Below, piece after piece: positions 26,553 to 36,187 of a DNA stretch of 64,000 nucleotides. The DNA is from Anaerolineales bacterium (GTDB lineage Bacteria > Chloroflexota > Anaerolineae > Anaerolineales > Villigracilaceae). The position numbers and the translations under genes were made by a program. The stretch spans positions 12,085 to 76,084 of the forward strand of contig DASVKG010000004.1 in NCBI GenBank assembly GCA_036385495.1, given 5' to 3'. Below the pieces are notes generated by a model. The model saw only the letters and a program-made list of their open reading frames with translations. It was not told where the DNA came from and did no database searches. Positions within the stretch are counted from its first letter, which is position 1. Every line of letters starts with the position of its first letter.

Positions 26553-28442
26553 ATGCACGTCATCGGTACTGCCGGGCACGTGGACCACGGAAAATCCACC
26601 CTCATCGCCGCGCTAACCGGCATTCACCCCGATCGTCTTAAAGAAGAACAAGAACGGGAAATGACCATAGACCTCGGTTTTGCCTGGTTGACTTTACCAG
26701 ATGGCGAGGAAATTGGTATCGTGGACGTACCTGGTCACCGTGATTTCATTGAGAACATGCTTGCAGGTGTGGGTGGCATAGACGCGACCCTTCTGGTTAT
26801 CGCCGCTGACGAGGGAATCATGCCCCAGACGCGTGAGCACCTTGCCATCCTCGACCTGCTTCAAATTCAGGCAGGCATAATTGTGCTTTCCAAGATAGAC
26901 CTTGTGGATGACCCCGAATGGCTGGATTTGATGGAGGTGGATATACGCAATGCCTTGCGCGGTACCGTGTTGCATAACGCTCCCATCCAGCGGGTTTCCT
27001 CGGTCACCCATGCCGGTTTTCCGGAGCTTCTACAAGCGCTTGGTCTACTCCTGGAAAAAACGCCAACCCGCCCCAACTACGGCCGACCGCGGTTGCCTGT
27101 GGATCGGGTCTTCTCCATCGCCGGGTTCGGAACGGTCGTCACCGGCACACTATCGGACGGGAACCTTACCACAGGAGAAGAAGTGGAAATCCTGCCATCC
27201 GGTTATCGAGGCCGAATACGCGGCCTCCAGACGCATAAAAAGAAAGAGGACATAGCGGTCCCCGGGAGCCGCACTGCAGTAAACATTACTGGCCTGGATG
27301 TGCAACAAATCCAACGTGGCGAGCTGGTGACACATCCCGGTCAGTACAAGTCTTCCCAGCGCCTCGACCTCAGCTTTCGCCTGCTCCCAGACGTGTCCGC
27401 TCCATTGCGTCATCACACCGAAGTCAAACTTTATATCGGAACATCAGAGACCCTTGGAGACGTGCGCCTATTGGGCGCAGAAATCCTTTCCCCCGGCGAA
27501 ACCGGCTGGCTGCAACTTGACCTGCGCATGCCTGTTGTGGCTGCGCGTGGCGACCGGTTCATTCTGCGACGCCCGTCCCCCAGCGAAACCCTCGGCGGCG
27601 GCACGGTAGTGGACCCACAACCAACTCGACGGCATAAACGGTTCGACAAGAATATACTTCAGGGGCTTGTGACCATGGCACAAGGGTCGCCCGCTGAAAT
27701 TATATTGCAAGCGAGTCTCGCACTAGGTCCGGCTCCGGTCAAGGATGTAACTGCCCATTCCCGACTGGAAGTCCGCGCAGCCGAATCAGCGATTAACGCC
27801 CTCCTTGATACCAATCAGCTAGTCAAGTTGGACGATGGACCTTGGACGAGCGACAGCGTGGTGCTTGCTAGTTCGCAGTGGACCGAACTCAAGAATATTA
27901 TTGTAGAGGCTTTAGGTACTTATCATGGTGTCTATCCACTGCGAAAGGGCATGCCTCGCGAGGAGCTGAAGAGCCGGTTGAAACTGGCACCCCGCCCCTT
28001 CAACCTGATCCTAACAAAATTGGCCTCGGAGGGAGTCCTGAGGGAGGGTCCTAAATGGGCATCCCTCCCGGAACACACGGTCCGATTTTCCCCATTCCAG
28101 CAAGTGAAAGTTGATAAGTTATTGGAGCTGTTTTCAGCAGCACCAAACACCCCGCCTTCGGTGAAAGAGTGCCAGGCTGAAGTCGGTGAAGACGTATTCA
28201 GCACCCTCCGAGAGTCGGGCGATCTAGTCGCCGTCTCTGAGGAGATAGTCCTCCAGAAACGGGTTTATGAGGACATGGTGGAGAAAATCCGCCAAGCACT
28301 CATTCAAAATAAACAGGTTACCCTCGCTGAAGCACGTGATCTGCTCAATACCACCCGGAAATACGTGCAAGCACTTATGGAGCATCTGGACGCGATTGGC
28401 ATGACTGTGCGAGATGGAGACTACCGGCGCCTAAGATCTTAG
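26553..28442 (+). CDS. selB: Selenocysteine-specific translation elongation factor
   Basis: GTPase motifs GHVDHGKST, DVPGH and SKID. EF-Tu-like domains II and III, then a long C-terminal winged-helix extension. Length of 629 aa is typical of bacterial SelB. Confidence 0.85.
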   Translation: MHVIGTAGHVDHGKSTLIAALTGIHPDRLKEEQEREMTIDLGFAWLTLPDGEEIGIVDVPGHRDFIENMLAGVGGIDATLLVIAADEGIMPQTREHLAILDLLQIQAGIIVLSKIDLVDDPEWLDLMEVDIRNALRGTVLHNAPIQRVSSVTHAGFPELLQALGLLLEKTPTRPNYGRPRLPVDRVFSIAGFGTVVTGTLSDGNLTTGEEVEILPSGYRGRIRGLQTHKKKEDIAVPGSRTAVNITGLDVQQIQRGELVTHPGQYKSSQRLDLSFRLLPDVSAPLRHHTEVKLYIGTSETLGDVRLLGAEILSPGETGWLQLDLRMPVVAARGDRFILRRPSPSETLGGGTVVDPQPTRRHKRFDKNILQGLVTMAQGSPAEIILQASLALGPAPVKDVTAHSRLEVRAAESAINALLDTNQLVKLDDGPWTSDSVVLASSQWTELKNIIVEALGTYHGVYPLRKGMPREELKSRLKLAPRPFNLILTKLASEGVLREGPKWASLPEHTVRFSPFQQVKVDKLLELFSAAPNTPPSVKECQAEVGEDVFSTLRESGDLVAVSEEIVLQKRVYEDMVEKIRQALIQNKQVTLAEARDLLNTTRKYVQALMEHLDAIGMTVRDGDYRRLRS

Positions 28443-28452
28443 GAGAATTATT

Positions 28453-29121
28453 ATGTGCGGACGATATGCCTTAACCGTAGGCGCTGGCGAATTACAGGCC
28501 GCTTTCCCCGAATTTACATTTCCGGCGGAGGGTGTCCCGCGCTACAACATCGCTCCCAACCAGCCGATTCTTGCCCTGCCCAATGACGGGACAAACCATG
28601 CTGATTTCTTTGTCTGGGGTCTCATCCCATCCTGGGCAAAGGACCCTTCCATTGGAAACCGGATGATCAACGCCCGTGCGAAAACATTGGCCGAAAAACC
28701 AGCTTTCCGGTCAGCATATAAATATCACCGCTGCCTCATCTTTGCGGATGGCTTCTTCGAATGGCAAGCGCATCCGGGATTAAAGTCCAAGGTCCCACAC
28801 TATTTCAGGTTAAAATCCGGAGCGCCATTCGCCTTTGCCGGACTTTGGGAACACTGGCAATCGACAGACGGGTCCGAAGTCCGGTCCGCAACAATTATCA
28901 CCACCGAACCAAATGTGTTGATGGCAAGCCTACATAACCGAATGCCGGTCATCCTTCAATCAAATGCCTACGCGCAATGGATCGATTCCGCACCTCAGGC
29001 GCCCGACCGTCTTCAAACCCTACTAGTCCCCTTCCCAACCGAGGAAATGGAGGCCTATCCTGTCTCAACCCTGGTCAACAGCCCCGGAAACGACAGTGCA
29101 GAGTGTATCCTCCCAGTGTAA
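28453..29121 (+). CDS. SOS-response-associated peptidase (SRAP/YedK family)
   Basis: N-terminal MCGRY catalytic Cys2. Also NIAPNQ, WGLIPSW and FFEW motifs. Confidence 0.85.
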   Translation: MCGRYALTVGAGELQAAFPEFTFPAEGVPRYNIAPNQPILALPNDGTNHADFFVWGLIPSWAKDPSIGNRMINARAKTLAEKPAFRSAYKYHRCLIFADGFFEWQAHPGLKSKVPHYFRLKSGAPFAFAGLWEHWQSTDGSEVRSATIITTEPNVLMASLHNRMPVILQSNAYAQWIDSAPQAPDRLQTLLVPFPTEEMEAYPVSTLVNSPGNDSAECILPV

Positions 29122-29165
29122 GCCTTTCAGGCAAAATTCCCCTTAATCATAGATTAATTGGTCGC

Positions 29166-29194
29166 TTGACCGCCATATGGTGACATGTTATGAT
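29166..29194 (+). promoter_or_regulatory. Consensus-like promoter of the M23 peptidase gene (leaderless geometry)
   Basis: TTGACC (29166-29171), a 17-nt spacer, then TATGAT (29189-29194). The ATG at 29203 is 8 nt after the -10 box and there is no SD. Confidence 0.5.
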
Positions 29195-29202
29195 GGCGCC
29201 TT

Positions 29203-30390
29203 ATGGACAACAAGCCTTTACAGGAATTTCCTCAGATTAACGAGGAAAAACGGGGAGAAACATCCGAACAGCAGCCCAGTCTAGTCACAAGATGGATGGA
29301 ACGCCTTGCCCACCTGGGATTGGGTGAGATTTCGTCCCGCATTGGAACGAATGCACTGGCAGTGCTGCTGATTGTGGCAGTTGTCTGGATGCTCCAACTG
29401 GCGAACCTTGGGGGAACTTCAAGCCTTCCTGGAGGGACCAATCTTACCCCAGCACCCACTTCCCCAGTCTCGCAATTACCAGTTGAAAACGCACTTTCAT
29501 TGGAAGGAATCCCGCGCCAGGCAGAATTGCATACAACCATCCCTAGCCGGCCGCGCATGGATGTAATTACTTATACAGTTGTAACTGGCGATTCCATCTT
29601 TAAGATCGCCGATAACTTTGGGTTAAAGCCGACTACTATCCTGTTTGGCAACTACAATACTCTCAAGGATCGACCTGATCTAATTCAGGAAGGCCAGAAA
29701 CTCAATATCCTGCCTGTGGATGGAACTTATTATCAATGGCAAGGCACGGAAAGCCTGACGAAAGTGGCCGAAGTCTTTGGGGTTGATGCCGAGAGCATCG
29801 TCAATTTTCCTGGCAATCACCTCGATCCAGATACCATCGGGGACATGAGCCATCCAAATATTACAGCCGGAGCCTGGCTTATTGTCCCGGGCGGGAAACG
29901 AGAATTCACTTCGTGGACTGCGCCCGCGCAGCTCGTGAGATCAGACCCGTCAACCCACGTCTGGGGCCCAGGCGTGTGCGGTGGGATAAATTATGTTCAA
30001 GTGGGATATGGCAACTTTGTCTACCCTACCACCGACCACTGGCTCTCTGGAACCCCATATCGACCGGATCTGAGGCACTTCGGCGTTGACTTTGCAGGGG
30101 CGCAAGGAAATGGCGTCTTTGCCACAGATGCGGGTACCGTGGTGTATTCAGGATGGAATGATTGGGGATACGGCAACCTGGTGATTATTGACCATGGTAA
30201 TGGCTGGCAATCGCTTTACGCTCATCTGAGTGCGATCAATGTTTCGTGCGGTCAAAATGTTGGGCAAAATGATTTGGTTGGATTGGTCGGCATGACCGGA
30301 GGTACCTCGACCGGTCCACACCTGCATTTCGAATTGATGAATACTAGGCTGGGATATGTGAATCCTCTTGACTATTTGCCCGCGCCTTAA
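29203..30390 (+). CDS. LysM-domain M23 family metallopeptidase (membrane anchored)
   Basis: N-terminal TM helix, LysM (YTVVTGDSIFKIADNFG) and the M23 motifs HFGVDF and GPHLHFEL. Confidence 0.85.
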   Translation: MDNKPLQEFPQINEEKRGETSEQQPSLVTRWMERLAHLGLGEISSRIGTNALAVLLIVAVVWMLQLANLGGTSSLPGGTNLTPAPTSPVSQLPVENALSLEGIPRQAELHTTIPSRPRMDVITYTVVTGDSIFKIADNFGLKPTTILFGNYNTLKDRPDLIQEGQKLNILPVDGTYYQWQGTESLTKVAEVFGVDAESIVNFPGNHLDPDTIGDMSHPNITAGAWLIVPGGKREFTSWTAPAQLVRSDPSTHVWGPGVCGGINYVQVGYGNFVYPTTDHWLSGTPYRPDLRHFGVDFAGAQGNGVFATDAGTVVYSGWNDWGYGNLVIIDHGNGWQSLYAHLSAINVSCGQNVGQNDLVGLVGMTGGTSTGPHLHFELMNTRLGYVNPLDYLPAP

Positions 30391-30396
30391 GAATCC

Positions 30397-30425
30397 TTGC
30401 TTAAGCTTCTGACCTCGACTATAAT
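30397..30425 (+). promoter_or_regulatory. Promoter of tRNA-Val
   Basis: TTGCTT (30397-30402), a 17-nt spacer, then TATAAT (30420-30425). The tRNA starts 13 nt downstream. Confidence 0.6.
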
Positions 30426-30437
30426 CCCGCTCACCCC

Positions 30438-30511
30438 GGGCGCGTAGCTCAGCCGGTTAGAGCGCATCACTCACATTGATGAGGTCGGGGGTTCGAGCCC
30501 CTCCGCGCCCA
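30438..30511 (+). tRNA. tRNA-Val (anticodon CAC)
   Basis: Cloverleaf folded by hand: acceptor GGGCGCG/CGCGCCC, D stem GCTC/GAGC, anticodon stem CATCA/TGATG with loop CTCACAT, T loop TTCGAGC. CCA is not encoded. Confidence 0.9.
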
Positions 30512-30512
30512 C

Positions 30513-30542
30513 AAGACCGCCTTCACGGCGGTCTTTCTTTTT
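30513..30542 (+). terminator. Intrinsic terminator after tRNA-Val
   Basis: AAGACCGCC / GGCGGTCTT 9-bp stem followed by TCTTTTT. Confidence 0.75.
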
Positions 30543-30719
30543 GACGTCCCTGTAAGAGGCTAATAAGGTCGGGGGTCCCATAAAGGTGGAGCTTAATCGA
30601 GCTTTTCAGGAGCTTAACTTTCATGAATAGGTCCCCCTGAGAGTTCTGTGCCCTACAAACACCTATTTATTAGCAAAGATAGTCACTAGCAGATAGCAAT
30701 TTGAATCGGTAACCTTATT

Positions 30720-31157
30720 CTACTCCTCCCCGTTACAGGGTGAAATTAATAGGTGAGCTTGCTCCAGAATTAAATGCCGTTGATTCCTCGTCAGGCTTGT
30801 ATATTCTGAATTAAGTGTACTAGTGTCGCGGTTTTCCACCAAGACCACGCTGGCGTCCCGGCTAAGTAAAATGGTATGCCAACCATTGCGTTTGACGTTA
30901 TAGATTTTTCCCATTTCCATGGCCTGTGGGTAGATCCCGTCCACCTGCGCTGTATTCCCCCCCATCAGTAATACAGCCGATCCCTGAATCAACACAAAAA
31001 CCTCGTCAGTCTCAATGTGACGCTCCATCTCCTTGATTTGATCAGGCTGGATTTCGTCAAGATAACGCAATATGGCCACTCGCCATCCCCCGTAATCCAC
31101 CAGCGCCTTGTAGCCTTCACCATCATACTCCCGAATTTCAAGCAATTTCTCGTCCAT
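30720..31157 (-). CDS. Cupin-fold protein of unknown function (last gene of the glycan operon)
   Basis: 145 aa. Beta-rich sequence with an H..E..H-like pattern (ERHIETDEVFVLIQG ... NGWH). Sits 6 nt downstream of the GH94 stop. Confidence 0.5.
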   Translation of the reverse strand: MDEKLLEIREYDGEGYKALVDYGGWRVAILRYLDEIQPDQIKEMERHIETDEVFVLIQGSAVLLMGGNTAQVDGIYPQAMEMGKIYNVKRNGWHTILLSRDASVVLVENRDTSTLNSEYTSLTRNQRHLILEQAHLLISPCNGEE

Positions 31158-31163
31158 CCCTAT

Positions 31164-33569
31164 TCAAGGCTGCCTGCCCAGCCAGACCTCTACCTGTTGC
31201 TCGTCACCCACTAAATCATGAGGCACGAGATTCCCTGGGAAATCTTTCCCATTTATAATCATTTTAATTACGCCTTTACAAACACCTTCTGGATTATGGA
31301 CGGTGATGCGAAGTGTTCGCCCCCTAAACTTGCGAACTGCCGAAAAACCAACCCACGCAGACGGGATACACGGCTCAATTCGCAGGCCATCCAACTCTGG
31401 CTGCAGCCCAAGGATGGATTGTGTTGCGCTGAAATATCCCCAAGCTGCCGCACCGGTCAGCCAGGAAGTGCGGGTATTGCCAGGACGCGGAGAAAATGTG
31501 GAGTAGGTGGTCTGTCCCTGCACGTAGGGCTCGCATTGACGGATTTCTGCGCGTGTGTTGTAGGCCGCCGGCATAGAGGCACGGTAATACTCATAAGCCC
31601 GGTCACCATGTCCCAGCAGGCATTCAGCCATCACCCCCCATCCCTGAGTATGATTGAAGATACCAGCGTTCTCTTTGATCCCGGGATTAAAAACTACAGC
31701 CCGCATAACATCAATGGGTGTATTAATAAAGGGTGGCGTCGAGAGCATCAATCCGAATGGAGTAGCAAGGCGGTCCTGGACAGTTTGCATGCAGGTTTCA
31801 GCCTGTTCAGGTGTTGCTGCTCCACTAATCACCGACCAGACCTGGGTGTTCAGGTAGATCTGGCCCTCTTCATTTTGTTTAGTACCGTAAACCGTGCCAT
31901 CCTCACCGAAGGCCCAGATAAACCATCTACCATCCCATCCACATGCTTGAATGTTGGTGTCCAACTTCTCGCGATAGCGAAGTGCCCAAGTGATTTCTTC
32001 GGGTTTGTTCAACCGTTCAGCGATTTCGGCATAGACAGTCAAGCCCATCCTTAATTGGAAAGCGACAAAAAGACTCTCGCCAAAATAACCCAATTTCAAA
32101 CAATCATTCCAGTCAGCAAGCAGACCGCAGGGCAGGCCATGTTTGCCCATACGCTCCAAGTTGAATTCCAGTGCCCGCCGTAAGTGGCCGAATACTGTGG
32201 CTTCCCCCTTATCGGCATAAGGTAATTTTATGTTATAGAAATCCAAGTTGCTAGTCTCGTTAACATATGCAGGAACAGCATTGAAAAACCACAAACAGTC
32301 GTCCGAGCGATAATCTTCCGGAGCCGGGGCTTTTTCGCGGCCTGGTTTGTGCTCGAAAGGTCGCACAATCGGTATAGCCCCCCCGGATGATACCTGCCCG
32401 GTCAGCATCAACTCGAGTCGCTGCCTGGTTTCGTCCGGAATAGCTGCCACCACGCCCAATGTATCCTGCACTGAGTCACGAAATCCCAACCCATCCCGCT
32501 CACCATTGTAGACCAGACTGGCTGAGCGCGACCAGGCAAATGTCACCAAACAATTGTACAGTCCCCACACATTGACTGTATGATTAAATTCTTCGTCCGG
32601 GGTTTCCACCACCAGGCTGCCCAGTTTTTCGTGCCAGTGATCCTTTAGTTTTTGAAGTTCAACTGTGGCAAGTTCAAGCGATCCATACTCGGACATTGTT
32701 TTTCTACCGATCGAATTCGCATCGCCTATGCCTACAAGAACAAGAAATTCCCGGCTTTCTCCCGGATGAAGAGTTATATTCGTTTGCAGGCTGCCGCAAG
32801 CGTTATCGCCATAGACTTTGCTATTGGAACAACATCCCTTCTCCACCGCTAGTGGACATTGGTAGCTGCGATATGGACCTAGAAACGCTTCGCGGCTGGT
32901 GTCAAAACTTTCCACCGGAGATCCAATGAGACCCACCCAAGCGTGGCGCGCGATATCATGGATGAAAAAACTTCCGCCTTTTGGAGTCAGATTATCCTGT
33001 ATGGCTATGCGCAGAAGGTTGTCCGTTACCCGCTCTCCACGTACGATAAAAAGCGAATACTGCAAATTGACCTGGTCCTGGAAGGTATCCCACTGATTGG
33101 TAAACTCGCAAAATGAGAAAAGAGATAGGTCGCGCAGACAGTCGCTTTCGTTAGTGACCCTCACCCTCCAGTATTCAAATGTTTGCCCCAAGGGGACGAA
33201 GTAGGTTGTTTCAGCAGCAATCCCCGCGTACCGTGATTCGATGACAGTATATGCAGTACCATGCCTGCAAGTGGAGTGGTATTGATCCAGCGGTTTTCCG
33301 ACCGGCTGCCAGGAAGCTGACCAGTAGTCATTGCTCTGGCGGTCGAGCAGATAGATATAACGGCCCGGCTGGTCTAACGGGACATTATTAAAATGCAATC
33401 GCAGAAACCGGCCGCGCGCCCCTGATTGATAAAACCCATAACCGCCAGCATTGTTGGTAATGATCGCTCCGTAATCGGTCGACCCCAAGTAGTTACTCCA
33501 CGATTGAGGTGTATCCGGGCGAGTGATGACATATTCTTTAGCTTTGTCGTCAAAATATCCGTATTGCAT
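31164..33569 (-). CDS. GH94 glycoside phosphorylase (cellobiose/cellodextrin/chitobiose phosphorylase family), copy 2
   Basis: Starts MQYGYFDDKAKEYVITRPDTPQSWSNYLG, the typical GH94 N-terminus. Start set to ATG 33569, overlapping the upstream stop by 1 nt. The track N-terminal extension lies inside the upstream gene. Confidence 0.85.
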   Translation of the reverse strand: MQYGYFDDKAKEYVITRPDTPQSWSNYLGSTDYGAIITNNAGGYGFYQSGARGRFLRLHFNNVPLDQPGRYIYLLDRQSNDYWSASWQPVGKPLDQYHSTCRHGTAYTVIESRYAGIAAETTYFVPLGQTFEYWRVRVTNESDCLRDLSLFSFCEFTNQWDTFQDQVNLQYSLFIVRGERVTDNLLRIAIQDNLTPKGGSFFIHDIARHAWVGLIGSPVESFDTSREAFLGPYRSYQCPLAVEKGCCSNSKVYGDNACGSLQTNITLHPGESREFLVLVGIGDANSIGRKTMSEYGSLELATVELQKLKDHWHEKLGSLVVETPDEEFNHTVNVWGLYNCLVTFAWSRSASLVYNGERDGLGFRDSVQDTLGVVAAIPDETRQRLELMLTGQVSSGGAIPIVRPFEHKPGREKAPAPEDYRSDDCLWFFNAVPAYVNETSNLDFYNIKLPYADKGEATVFGHLRRALEFNLERMGKHGLPCGLLADWNDCLKLGYFGESLFVAFQLRMGLTVYAEIAERLNKPEEITWALRYREKLDTNIQACGWDGRWFIWAFGEDGTVYGTKQNEEGQIYLNTQVWSVISGAATPEQAETCMQTVQDRLATPFGLMLSTPPFINTPIDVMRAVVFNPGIKENAGIFNHTQGWGVMAECLLGHGDRAYEYYRASMPAAYNTRAEIRQCEPYVQGQTTYSTFSPRPGNTRTSWLTGAAAWGYFSATQSILGLQPELDGLRIEPCIPSAWVGFSAVRKFRGRTLRITVHNPEGVCKGVIKMIINGKDFPGNLVPHDLVGDEQQVEVWLGRQP

Positions 33570-36055
33570 TAACCAATCCTTACAATCACTCGAACTTCCC
33601 TGGTTCCAACAGGTGGCATGGGGATGATAGTGCCCTCGAGGGATTTCCCAGCCACCTCCAGAAGGACGCCATTCCCAACTCCGCAGCGCTCGGCTGTGAT
33701 CACAAATCGGACTCCACGGAACTCCCGTATAACTTGAAATCCAGCCCATTTAGAGTGGACAACCGGTTTAATTTCCAACCCATCGTATGTAGGCCGTATA
33801 CCTAAAATCCACTGAGTGATGGCGACATAATTCCAGGCAGCTGCTCCTGTAAGCCAGGAATTTTTTGCCTCACCATGAACCAGGGCATCCTTGCCAGCAA
33901 TCATCTGAGCGTATACGTACGGCTCACAACGATGCAATTCACTTAAATCTTCCCGCGCTGATGGATTGATACGCAAGTAATAATCGTAGGCCTGGTCGCC
34001 GCGTCCGATTTTCGCCTCGGCAATCATAATCCAGGGATTCGTGTGGCAAAAAATGCTTCCATTTTCCTTGTATCCTGGTGGATAGGAAGAAATCTCTCCA
34101 AGATGAAGGTAGTAGCGGGTGTATGCAGGTTGAAGCAATACAATCCCATGTGGAGTTGCAAGGCGATTCGACACAGAGTTAAGAGCCTGAGCTGCGCGTC
34201 CATCCTCCACGCCGAGGCCAGCCATGACACACATTCCCTGAGGTTCGATAAATATTTGTCCTTCCTCACATTCTTTTGATCCTACCGGCCTGCCAAAATT
34301 ATCGTATGCCCGCCGGAACCATTCACCGTCCCAGCCAGAAGACCAAATGGCGTTTTCCATTTCTGTAATATTTTGAAGGAGGGTGGTGAAAGGAATCAAG
34401 GAAAAGCTGTCTACTGCCTTTCCTTCTTTCCTAGCAACTTCCAATTTTTGGCCCAATTCCAGCATTTCCCGAACAACCAACACGAATAAACCAGCTATAA
34501 ACACACTTTCTGCTACTTTGCCAGCCTTATTTGTTGTGGTTTGAAATGACTGTCCGGGTTGATCAGAGAAACAGTTCAGGTTCAGACAGTCATTCCAGTC
34601 GGCGCGCCCGATCAAAGGCAAACCGTGCGGACCAATGCGCTCCAGCGTGTATTGGATCGACCGCTGCAAATGTCTATAAAGTGGTTCCTCTGTACCAACC
34701 TGGTTATCATATGGCACACGCTCGGCAAGAATATCCCAATCACCAGTCTCTTTAATGTAAGCGGTCACCGATAAGATCAACCATAGGGGATCGTCGTTGA
34801 AACCGGATCCGATGTCGTTGTTACCACGCCGGGTCATGGGTTGGTATTGGTGATATGCTCCACCACTTGCTAGTTGTGTGGCGGCCAAATCGAGAATTCG
34901 GAGTCGGGCCCTTTCAGGAATCAGGTGCATAAAACCGAGCAGATCCTGATTGGAATCGCGAAAGCCCATGCCGCGCCCAATCCCGGATTCGAAATACGAG
35001 GCTGAACGTGAGAAATTGAATGTCACCATCAATTGGTAAGCGTTCCAGATATTCACCATTCGGTTTGTGTGTTGATCCGGGGTATTCACTTGCAGTTTTC
35101 CCAGCAGCCCATCCCAGTAAACTCGCAGTGCCTGGAATGCCTTATCCACTTCAGTGGCTTGCAAATAACGGGTAATCACCGGATTCAATGTGCGTTTGTT
35201 TATTGTCTGCGAACAAGAGGGCTCAAATTTTTCCGCCTGCAGGTTTTCATGATATCCGAGTAAAAAGATGATCTTCTTTTGTTCTCCCGCGCTCAACCGG
35301 ACCTTGATATGGTGGGCACCGATCGGTTGCCAGCCCAGCGCGAGAGAATTATTCATTTGTCCGATTTTCACCGCCCTGGGTGAGTCCCATCCCTGGTAAG
35401 GTCCCAGAAAAGCTTCGCGTTGTGTATCAAACCCCGCCAACGGCTCAGAGCAGGCAAAATAGGCGAAATGATTGCGGCGTTCACGATATTCGCTCTTGTG
35501 ATAGATTACACTGTCAACGACCTCGACTTCGCCGATTGAGTAATTCCGCTGAAAATTTGTGGCATCGTCTTGAGCATCCCAAAGGCAGAATTCCAGTGCC
35601 GAAAACACCGACAGGTCTGTCGATCCCCCACGCTGATTCGTGAGGGTTAATTCCCAGATTTCCAAATTTTCTCCGAGTGGGATGAAGAAGCGGGTCTGAG
35701 CCTCAATTCCGGCCAGTTTTGAGCGGATCTTAGTGTACCCCAACCCATGACGGCACTCGTATTCGTCAAGCGTGCGCCGTACCGGCTGCCAAGCAGGCGA
35801 CCAGATTAATTGGTCGGACTGATTATCATCCCGCAGGTAAATGCAACGTCCGCTGGAATCCAAAGAAGCATTGTTATAGCGATAGCGGGTAAGCCTGCGA
35901 AGACGAGGATCACGATAAAAAGAATATCCGCCCCCCGTGTTTGAAATGATGCCAAAATATTCCTCATTACCTAGGTAATTGATCCATGGCAAAGGGGTAT
36001 CCGGCCGTGTTATGACGTATTCTCGGCGCTCATCGTCAAAATATCCAAACTGCAT
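33569..36055 (-). CDS. GH94 glycoside phosphorylase, copy 1
   Basis: MQFGYFDDERREYVITRPDTPLPWINYLG..., 828 aa, colinear with copy 2. Conserved blocks RDSNQD, ADWND and WLTGAAAW. Confidence 0.85.
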   Translation of the reverse strand: MQFGYFDDERREYVITRPDTPLPWINYLGNEEYFGIISNTGGGYSFYRDPRLRRLTRYRYNNASLDSSGRCIYLRDDNQSDQLIWSPAWQPVRRTLDEYECRHGLGYTKIRSKLAGIEAQTRFFIPLGENLEIWELTLTNQRGGSTDLSVFSALEFCLWDAQDDATNFQRNYSIGEVEVVDSVIYHKSEYRERRNHFAYFACSEPLAGFDTQREAFLGPYQGWDSPRAVKIGQMNNSLALGWQPIGAHHIKVRLSAGEQKKIIFLLGYHENLQAEKFEPSCSQTINKRTLNPVITRYLQATEVDKAFQALRVYWDGLLGKLQVNTPDQHTNRMVNIWNAYQLMVTFNFSRSASYFESGIGRGMGFRDSNQDLLGFMHLIPERARLRILDLAATQLASGGAYHQYQPMTRRGNNDIGSGFNDDPLWLILSVTAYIKETGDWDILAERVPYDNQVGTEEPLYRHLQRSIQYTLERIGPHGLPLIGRADWNDCLNLNCFSDQPGQSFQTTTNKAGKVAESVFIAGLFVLVVREMLELGQKLEVARKEGKAVDSFSLIPFTTLLQNITEMENAIWSSGWDGEWFRRAYDNFGRPVGSKECEEGQIFIEPQGMCVMAGLGVEDGRAAQALNSVSNRLATPHGIVLLQPAYTRYYLHLGEISSYPPGYKENGSIFCHTNPWIMIAEAKIGRGDQAYDYYLRINPSAREDLSELHRCEPYVYAQMIAGKDALVHGEAKNSWLTGAAAWNYVAITQWILGIRPTYDGLEIKPVVHSKWAGFQVIREFRGVRFVITAERCGVGNGVLLEVAGKSLEGTIIPMPPVGTREVRVIVRIG

Positions 36056-36187
36056 GTTATCCTCTCTGCGATAATGAAGGTCTAACGAAAAGGAATTACC
36101 AGGTGCGACCCGGGTTCAATAGAAGATATAAGCCGAGAATAATTCTAGCCGATCATACGGGTTTAAATCCCGGAAACCGAGGGCCAG

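Noticed and set aside
30540-30720. Possible att site or integration scar after tRNA-Val: an 11-nt repeat of a tRNA segment, plus the short direct repeat GGAGCTTAA x2 at about 30588-30618.
   Set aside because: The repeats are too short to be significant in 64 kb. No integrase, excisionase or second boundary repeat was seen. I kept it only as a low-interest boundary note.
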